In this document: positions 57,855 to 64,000 of the stretch, in pieces
How positions within the stretch are numbered: the stretch's first letter is position 1
Layout of the letters: every line of letters begins with the position of its first letter
Origin: Candidatus Latescibacterota bacterium
GTDB lineage: Bacteria; Latescibacterota; UBA2968; GCA-2709665
Direction of reading: 5' to 3'
DNA: 64,000 bases
NCBI GenBank assembly: GCA_965248435.1
Contig: OZ252100.1
Span: 3,232,001 to 3,296,000, forward strand
Notes under the pieces: generated by a model
Databases searched by the model: none
What the model was told of the DNA's origin: nothing
Seen by the model: only the letters and a program-made list of their open reading frames with translations
Translations under genes and position numbers: made by a program

Positions 57855-59459
57855 TTACTGATCGCTTACCTGTAATGAGTAAAGCCTTGCGTCTCGCATC
57901 CTGAACCGGATGCGCAGCGGAAACAACCCTCCTATATCCTCCCGACCCTTCCAGGAGAAGGTATGCCGAATGCTGTCACCCGTAAACGTGTCGCAATCTG
58001 CCTGACCGAATCCGGGGATGACCCGACCGTCCGGGTCGGTCAGTTCCGCGGAGATATACTCCTTCGTTTCCGCGTTGACGACCAGACGATTCCCGGAGGA
58101 CCAGAGCGGCCTGGTAAACAGGGTAGATTGATACGGGACCCCCTTTGACTGCTCCCCTTTCCGCTTGATTCCATCCAACGAGACGAACCCGTCCAGCCTG
58201 AGCGTGGCCAGGCCGATCGATTCGCAGGTGTAATCACCACGCAGGGTGAAGCCCGTATAATAGATGTGTATCTTGTCATCCCGGACGACAAAGCAGCTCG
58301 GCTGGTTGGTCAGTTCCTCCCAGCCCGCGTCGGGATCCGGCAGCATGAAACTTTTGCGCTCGCTCATTCGCTCCCAATGCAGACCGTCCCGGCTGTAGGC
58401 CAGCTGGTTGTCCGAAGCGTTGCCGAAGCCGTCCGTCCGCCGGTTCACGCCAAGCACGGCAAGGTAGAGGCCCTCGTAGCAGAAGCCCAGGATCGTCTCG
58501 AACTCGGCGTCCATCGAGTCGTCCCGGTCTGGAGCGAGAACCTGCCTGGGATGGGACCATTGGACCAGGTCTTTCGAAAAAGCAGTCGTATAGGTCCGGT
58601 GGGATCTCAGCTGCGGAAAGGTTGGTCGTCCGTAGGCCGGTTTTCGGTAAAGGTTGCGCGTAAATCCGACGTAGAGGCTGTTTTCCTTGTCGTAGAAGAA
58701 CCCTACGTTCTCGTCACCGATCCGCTGGAAGGTTCCGATGATTTCCCAGTGCAGGCCGTCGGGGGAGACCGCCACGCTCTGGTCAGGCTTCGTCTTTACG
58801 AATCCCTTGTAGCGCCACTTGCCCGGCTCCGCGTCGTGTGGATCCTTGACGAAGTTGGGGGCCAGGTAACAATAGGTCACTCCGTCCTTCTTGTAGACGA
58901 TGTTGTTGGCGGCACTGCCGTCGAACTCGACCAGGCTTAGATCGGGCTTCTCCCATTCAACCCCGTCTAAGGAAGTGGCATAGAGCGTAAAACAGCCGAC
59001 GTTCGCCAGATCCCCTTTTGCGTCATCACCACTTCCTTCGAGTCCGCCAAGGGTTCCGTACCACATCTTCCAAATCTCTTCCTCCTCATCGAACATCACG
59101 AAGGGATTCATGATTCGCCATCGTTCCGCCGAAGGCCCCTCCCACGGACGGTCTCTCGTCACGATCGGGTTCCCTGGATGCTTCACCGGACGATGCTGCG
59201 TGCGGCGGACGTGATGTGTGCCCATCAGAACGTGTCCCGGGATCCCTGCGGACACATCCGTGCCTCTCTCCGATTCAGCTTTGTGGAGGGCATCCGTTTC
59301 CTCCGGGGTCTCCACGAGGAGCGCGGCAGACTTGCTCGGGTGAGGTGTAATCCAGCGGCGGGTCTCGATGATCTCGTCATCGAAGAACAATTGCTTCCGA
59401 GTACCTATGTTTACGATGTACTCAGACCCGGGGACCTCGGTCCAGTTCGTATCTCGCAT
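57855..59459 (-). CDS. GH32/GH43-like five-bladed propeller protein, paralog 3
   Basis: KQLFFDD, NPI...PWEG, WKMWY, YATS.DG..WEKPDL, S.DGLHW, IGLATLRLDGFVS, C-terminal beta-sandwich ending RIRFRM..ARLYS. Confidence 0.8.
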   Translation of the reverse strand: MRDTNWTEVPGSEYIVNIGTRKQLFFDDEIIETRRWITPHPSKSAALLVETPEETDALHKAESERGTDVSAGIPGHVLMGTHHVRRTQHRPVKHPGNPIVTRDRPWEGPSAERWRIMNPFVMFDEEEEIWKMWYGTLGGLEGSGDDAKGDLANVGCFTLYATSLDGVEWEKPDLSLVEFDGSAANNIVYKKDGVTYCYLAPNFVKDPHDAEPGKWRYKGFVKTKPDQSVAVSPDGLHWEIIGTFQRIGDENVGFFYDKENSLYVGFTRNLYRKPAYGRPTFPQLRSHRTYTTAFSKDLVQWSHPRQVLAPDRDDSMDAEFETILGFCYEGLYLAVLGVNRRTDGFGNASDNQLAYSRDGLHWERMSERKSFMLPDPDAGWEELTNQPSCFVVRDDKIHIYYTGFTLRGDYTCESIGLATLRLDGFVSLDGIKRKGEQSKGVPYQSTLFTRPLWSSGNRLVVNAETKEYISAELTDPDGRVIPGFGQADCDTFTGDSIRHTFSWKGREDIGGLFPLRIRFRMRDARLYSLQVSDQ

Positions 59460-59468
59460 TTCAGATCA

Positions 59469-59652
59469 GTCCAGAGTCAAGAGTCCAGAGAAAAACCAAA
59501 TAAAAGCGCGAGTGTTGGGGGAATGGAATGTTGGAGTAGTGGAGTAATGGGGAGACAAGGTAAAGATGCTGGTTTTCCCAATACTCCACCACTCCAGTAC
59601 TGCATTACTCCAGAATCGGGAAGCCGTTCGCGTGACCTCACAACTGATTTGA
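59469..59652. repeat. Dispersed intergenic element, copy B
   Basis: AGAGTC heptamers and TGGAGTAR octamers inverted against TACTCCA octamers. The 50-bp core is identical to copy A. Confidence 0.8.
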
Positions 59653-59685
59653 TATGAATCAGAAAACTCGAAACCAGAAACTTCC

Positions 59686-61257
59686 TCAGGGCTGAACCTG
59701 AAGGGCGTAAAGCTGAGCGTCGTGCATCCTGAATCGGATCCGCAGCGGGAAACATCCGCTGATGTCTTCGCGGCCTTTCCAGGTAAACGTGTGGCTGAGG
59801 CTGTCTCCCGTGAACGCATCGCAGTCCGCGTGACCGAACCTGGGTAGGACGCGCCCGTCGGGATCGGTCAGCTCCGCGTTGATGTAGCCCTTCGCAGCGG
59901 CGTTGACGACGAGACGGCCTCCGGTGGACCAGAGCGGCTTTGTGAGCAGTGTGGATTCCTTCGGGATCCCCATCCCGGGAGGGGGCGCGTCCAACGAGAC
60001 GAAGCCGTCCCGCCTGAGCGTCGCCAGACCGATCTCTTCCCACTGTCCCTGTTCGTGCAGGGAAGTACCGTCGTAGTAGAACCGTATTTCCTCGTCCAGG
60101 ACAACGACACAGAATCCCTCGGCGCTGACGTGGTCGAAGCTCCCGTCCGGCCCCTGCGGGATGAACAGGTTGTGCTCTCCCATCCGATGCCAGTGCAGGA
60201 GATCTCGACTGTAGACGAGCTGATTGTCGACGATATCGCCCCCGATCCTGGCGGACTTGCGAATGCCGAGTATGCCGATGTAGAGGTCCTCGTACTTGAA
60301 GGGCCAGATGTGGATGGTCTCTCCGTCCAGAGGATCACGCGGCTCGGGGAGGAGTATCATCCTGGGGTGTGACCAGTGCAGCATATCCTTCGACAGGGCG
60401 ATCTGGAACGTCCGCTGTGTCCGATTCTGTGAAAACGTTTCGGGTCTTCTATAGTAGTTTCGCGTGAACATGATATAAAGGCTGTGCTCTCGGTCGTAGA
60501 GGCAGTAGATATTTTCGTCTCCGATCCTCTCGAAGGTACCAATCTCCTCCCAGTGAAACCCGTCTGCCGAGACGCCCACCGTCTGATCCGGCTTCGTCTT
60601 TATCATGCCTTTGAATCGCCAGCGACCAGGCTCGGCGTCGTGTGGGTCTCGAATGAATTCGGGGTAGACGAAGTTGAACCGGGTATCGTCCCTGAAGAAG
60701 ACGACGTTGTTTTTCGTGCTGCCGTCGATCTCGACCAGGCCCAGATCCGGCTTGTCCCAGTGAATCCCATCCTCCGAGGTCGCATAGAGCGTGTAAACAC
60801 CGACCTTCTTCAGGGCTTCTGACGGGACCATGTCCGCCCCTACTTCTCCCCCGCCGAGGGAACAGTACCACGCCTTCCAGATCGCCTCTTCCTCGTCATA
60901 GTGGACGACGGCGCTGAACACGCGGTGGAGGTCGTCCGATGGGCCTTCCCAGGGCCGGTCTTTCTTGATGATCGGATTCTCGGAGTGTTTTACCGGCTCG
61001 TGCTGTGTCCGGTAGACGTGTTGCGTGCCGACCAGCACGTGCCCCGGAATGCCCATGGAGACATCCGTCCCTTTGGACTTCTCTGCATCGACTCTGGCCC
61101 CTGTTTCCTCCGCGGTCTCAACGAGCAGGGGCGCTGATTTGTCTGTCCGAGGAGTGACCCAGCGGTGCGTCTCGATGATCTCGTCATCCAGGAACAGCTG
61201 CTTCCGCGCCCCGATGTTCTTGATATCTTCGGATGCGGGTACTTCGACCCAATCCAT
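59686..61257 (-). CDS. GH32/GH43-like five-bladed propeller protein, paralog 2
   Basis: Same motif series as its neighbours. Confidence 0.8.
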   Translation of the reverse strand: MDWVEVPASEDIKNIGARKQLFLDDEIIETHRWVTPRTDKSAPLLVETAEETGARVDAEKSKGTDVSMGIPGHVLVGTQHVYRTQHEPVKHSENPIIKKDRPWEGPSDDLHRVFSAVVHYDEEEAIWKAWYCSLGGGEVGADMVPSEALKKVGVYTLYATSEDGIHWDKPDLGLVEIDGSTKNNVVFFRDDTRFNFVYPEFIRDPHDAEPGRWRFKGMIKTKPDQTVGVSADGFHWEEIGTFERIGDENIYCLYDREHSLYIMFTRNYYRRPETFSQNRTQRTFQIALSKDMLHWSHPRMILLPEPRDPLDGETIHIWPFKYEDLYIGILGIRKSARIGGDIVDNQLVYSRDLLHWHRMGEHNLFIPQGPDGSFDHVSAEGFCVVVLDEEIRFYYDGTSLHEQGQWEEIGLATLRRDGFVSLDAPPPGMGIPKESTLLTKPLWSTGGRLVVNAAAKGYINAELTDPDGRVLPRFGHADCDAFTGDSLSHTFTWKGREDISGCFPLRIRFRMHDAQLYALQVQP

Positions 61258-61280
61258 GATCACAACCCCTTTCTTGTGAT

Positions 61281-62897
61281 TCAGTCTTCTACGATTTGCA
61301 GCGAATACAACCGCGCGTCCCGCATCCTGAACCGGATCCGCAGCGGAAACAGGCCTCCGATGTCTTCACGCCCTTTCCAGGAAAGGGTGTGCCGGACGCT
61401 GTCGCCGGTAAAGGGTTCACAGTCGGCCTGCCCGAATCCCGGAAGGACTCGACCGTCAGGATCGGTTAGCTCTGCCGTGATGGTTTCCTTCGTATCCGCG
61501 TTGATGACCAGACGATTTCCTGTGGACCAGAGCGATTTGGTCAAGAGCGTCCCTTCACGAGCGGGGGCGTTTATTTTCTTCACCGGGGCCGGCGTTTCCA
61601 TCGACACAAACCCGTCCAGCCTGAGTGTCGCCAGCCCGATCGAGTGGCACGTGTAGGGGTCGCGCCAGCCGTTGCCGCCATAATAGATGTGGATTTTATC
61701 GTCGCGGACAATAAAGTTAAAAGACTGGTTGTTGATGTCTTCCCAGGTTCCATCCGGGCCCGGCGGCATAAATGTCTTCCTGCCACTCAGGCGGTGCCAG
61801 TGCAGAAAATCCCGGCTGTAGGCGAGCTGGTTGTCGGAATCGTCCCCGGTGGGCACGTGGGTCTCACGATGGGCGCCCAGGGTGGCGATCCACATGTCTT
61901 CATATCTGAACGGGCTCAGGCTCTTGAATTCCACATCGGGCAGATCATCTGAATCGGGGAACAGGAGCAGCCTGGGGTGCGACCAGTGGAGCATATCCTT
62001 GGAGAGGGCCATCTGGATCGTGCGATGCGTCCTGAAATAAGGAAGGATGTTTCGCCTGCTCGCTCCCTGATTTCCGTAAGCGGGCCTGCGGTATAGGTTA
62101 CGCGTGAGAGAGATGTAGACCTGGTTTTCGCGGTCGTAGAGGGCGCCGCAGCTTTCGTCACCGATCCTTTCGAAAGTGTCCTGGATCTCCCAATGGATGC
62201 CGTCCTGAGAAACGGCGACCGTCATTTCCGGCTTGGTCTTCACGGTGGTCTTGTAGCGCCAGCGCCCGGGCTCCACATCGTGGGGATCCTTGATGCTGGG
62301 GGGTGCAAGATAGCAGTATTTGACGCCTTCCTTGAAAAAGATGATGTTGTTCTTGGTGCTGCCCTGGAATTCGACGATTCCGAGATCCGGTTTCTCCCAA
62401 CGAACCCCATCTTCCGATGTTGCGTACATGGTGTAACAGCCGACGTTCTCCAACCCGGGTGCGACGCTCCCCTTGGAACCGCCTTCCAGTCCTCCGTATG
62501 AGCCATACCACATCTTCCATATCCTGTCTTCCTCGTCGTACATCACCGATGGATTTATGATGTGATAGTTTTCGGCCGAACAGCCCTCCCAGGGGCGGTC
62601 TCTCGTCAGGATCGGGTTGTCCTGATGTTTGACCGGAGTATGCTGGGTTCGGCGGACGAACTGTGTTCCCAACAATATGTGCCCGGGGATCCCTGCCGAG
62701 ACGTCCTCCCCTCTCTCGACTTCCGCATCGTATAGGGCAGCTGTCTCTGCGGTGGTCTCGACGAGGAGGGGTGCCGACTTGTCGGCCCTTGGTGTCACCC
62801 ACCGATGTGTCTCAAGAATTTCGTCGTCGAAGAACAACTGCTTTCGGGTGCCGATGTTCTTTATGTCGACTGAGCTCGGTACTTCTACCCAATCCAT
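61281..62897 (-). CDS. GH32/GH43-like five-bladed propeller protein, paralog 1
   Basis: Same motif series. ATG 62897 has a GGAGA RBS and matches the paralog N-termini (MDWVEVP). Confidence 0.8.
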   Translation of the reverse strand: MDWVEVPSSVDIKNIGTRKQLFFDDEILETHRWVTPRADKSAPLLVETTAETAALYDAEVERGEDVSAGIPGHILLGTQFVRRTQHTPVKHQDNPILTRDRPWEGCSAENYHIINPSVMYDEEDRIWKMWYGSYGGLEGGSKGSVAPGLENVGCYTMYATSEDGVRWEKPDLGIVEFQGSTKNNIIFFKEGVKYCYLAPPSIKDPHDVEPGRWRYKTTVKTKPEMTVAVSQDGIHWEIQDTFERIGDESCGALYDRENQVYISLTRNLYRRPAYGNQGASRRNILPYFRTHRTIQMALSKDMLHWSHPRLLLFPDSDDLPDVEFKSLSPFRYEDMWIATLGAHRETHVPTGDDSDNQLAYSRDFLHWHRLSGRKTFMPPGPDGTWEDINNQSFNFIVRDDKIHIYYGGNGWRDPYTCHSIGLATLRLDGFVSMETPAPVKKINAPAREGTLLTKSLWSTGNRLVINADTKETITAELTDPDGRVLPGFGQADCEPFTGDSVRHTLSWKGREDIGGLFPLRIRFRMRDARLYSLQIVED

Positions 62898-62911
62898 TAT
62901 TTCTCCAATCG

Positions 62912-63958
62912 TCAGCCAGCCGTTCTGTCCAACAAGAACAAACCGTGGATCTCGCACCCACCGGTCTCCGCATCCCTTGCGGTATAGAACGCACAAAAAA
63001 TCTGTTCGTTGTCAAGGTGCAGCATAGAGGGGTAGGCACAGTCCCGGTTTTCCCCACGGTAGAGATGGCCCAGGGGTGCCCAGGTTTGACCGAGATCACG
63101 ACTTACGGCACAGCCCATCCCGGGCTGGTCGGGGGTGACGTCGCGATAGGCGCACAGGATGTCCCCGGAGGCGAGCGCAATCAAAGCGGGACAGTTTCCC
63201 GGAAGTTCTGTGGGCTTGATCGCGCTCCACGTTCGGCCTTCGTCACTGGAATAGGACTGATAGAGGAGACCCGGTATGTTGGCACGTACGACCATCAACC
63301 ATCGTCCATCGCTCACGCGAAGTATGTCGGCTTCGCTCGGGCCGATTTGCGCCGTTCGGTCTTCGTGTATGATCGCATAATCAGGCCAGGAGTGACCGCC
63401 GTCGTCGGAGAAGGCCACGGCCACGACACGACAGCGAGGGTCTTCACTATATCGTGGTTCTCCATAGAAGGGGACCATCAATTTTCCGCCGGGAAGCTCC
63501 GCAACTCTTCCATAGGAGAAAGCTCGACCCGTTCGGCTGACGAAGGGGTAGTCCAGTTGGGGCCCGCTGACTTCCCAGATGTGACCGTTGTCGGTAGACC
63601 GTGTGAAACTTCCCCTCGCGTAGAACGCGTTTGACGCTTCTTCTCGCCTTCCTCGCGCCACGTGAAGCAGCAGGGTGCCGTCGGTCAAACGAGTCATTCC
63701 GTGGTTGGTGTAAAGGTCCCAACCCGGCTCTGCGGCTACTGCCTTGCTGAATGGCCAGGTTCTGCCTCCGTCGATGGATCTGGCGAGCACGAGCGCTCCG
63801 TCATTCGTGCGGTGATGATCGCCGCTCTCCGCATAGGCTACCAGGAGATCTCCGTTGGAGGCCATCTCGAGGGCGGGCCAGGCTCGGTGCCTGCTCTTGG
63901 GGCCGCCGGCGATGATGACCTGATCCTTTAGCTGGACGGGCGCGTCGTCCTGGAGCAT
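62912..63958 (-). CDS. BNR/Asp-box (sialidase-like) protein
   Basis: Asp-boxes SIDGGRTW, STDNGHIW, SDDGGHSW, SSDEGRTW, SRDLGQTW, and CAYP. No signal peptide. Confidence 0.85.
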   Translation of the reverse strand: MLQDDAPVQLKDQVIIAGGPKSRHRAWPALEMASNGDLLVAYAESGDHHRTNDGALVLARSIDGGRTWPFSKAVAAEPGWDLYTNHGMTRLTDGTLLLHVARGRREEASNAFYARGSFTRSTDNGHIWEVSGPQLDYPFVSRTGRAFSYGRVAELPGGKLMVPFYGEPRYSEDPRCRVVAVAFSDDGGHSWPDYAIIHEDRTAQIGPSEADILRVSDGRWLMVVRANIPGLLYQSYSSDEGRTWSAIKPTELPGNCPALIALASGDILCAYRDVTPDQPGMGCAVSRDLGQTWAPLGHLYRGENRDCAYPSMLHLDNEQIFCAFYTARDAETGGCEIHGLFLLDRTAG

Positions 63959-64000
63959 CTCTACGCATCCCCTTTTAGATTCAATTCCTTTAGATTATGG

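Noticed and set aside
57855-62897. Diversity-generating retroelement or gene-conversion cassettes among the three paralogs
   Set aside because: No reverse transcriptase is present and there is no near-identical TR/VR pair with adenine-specific mismatches. Divergence is spread throughout, as in old duplications.
62663-63634. Long antisense ORFs (also 4470-5309, 39486-40334, 10363-11073, 30177-30833 and others)
   Set aside because: They overlap well-supported genes, have no recognisable motifs, and are expected in GC-rich DNA.

Overview
A GC-rich (about 60%) bacterial chromosomal segment that is almost entirely coding, with no rRNA, tRNA, CRISPR array or transposase that I can see. The gene content (several PhyH dioxygenases, cytoplasmic BNR/propeller hydrolases, a propeller histidine kinase) suggests a Latescibacterota/FCB-PVC-like heterotroph, which is inference only. 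It contains: (i) a catabolic cluster of amidohydrolase, hydantoinase/oxoprolinase A+B, LLM monooxygenase and PhyH; (ii) a REC-GGEEF diguanylate cyclase, mug and ilvD; (iii) a tightly coupled minus-strand run of a UvrD helicase with a DEDDh exonuclease inserted in it, two paralogous multi-TM+TPR proteins, lpxH-like and an FAD oxidoreductase; (iv) pentapeptide-addB-addA-XRE; (v) uppS-cdsA-dxr-rseP; (vi) lhr/dinB/polA/EVE; (vii) an orphan, apparently fully cytoplasmic 14-blade propeller/Y_Y_Y histidine kinase with an extra N-terminal alpha/beta domain; (viii) a Tat/lipobox-tagged HDAC-family deacetylase; (ix) a glycan operon with a BNR protein, three tandem paralogous GH32/43-like propeller proteins and DUF4432. 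Two genes are frameshifted (PfkB kinase, EVE), and the intergenic spacers carry several families of short-repeat or palindromic elements.
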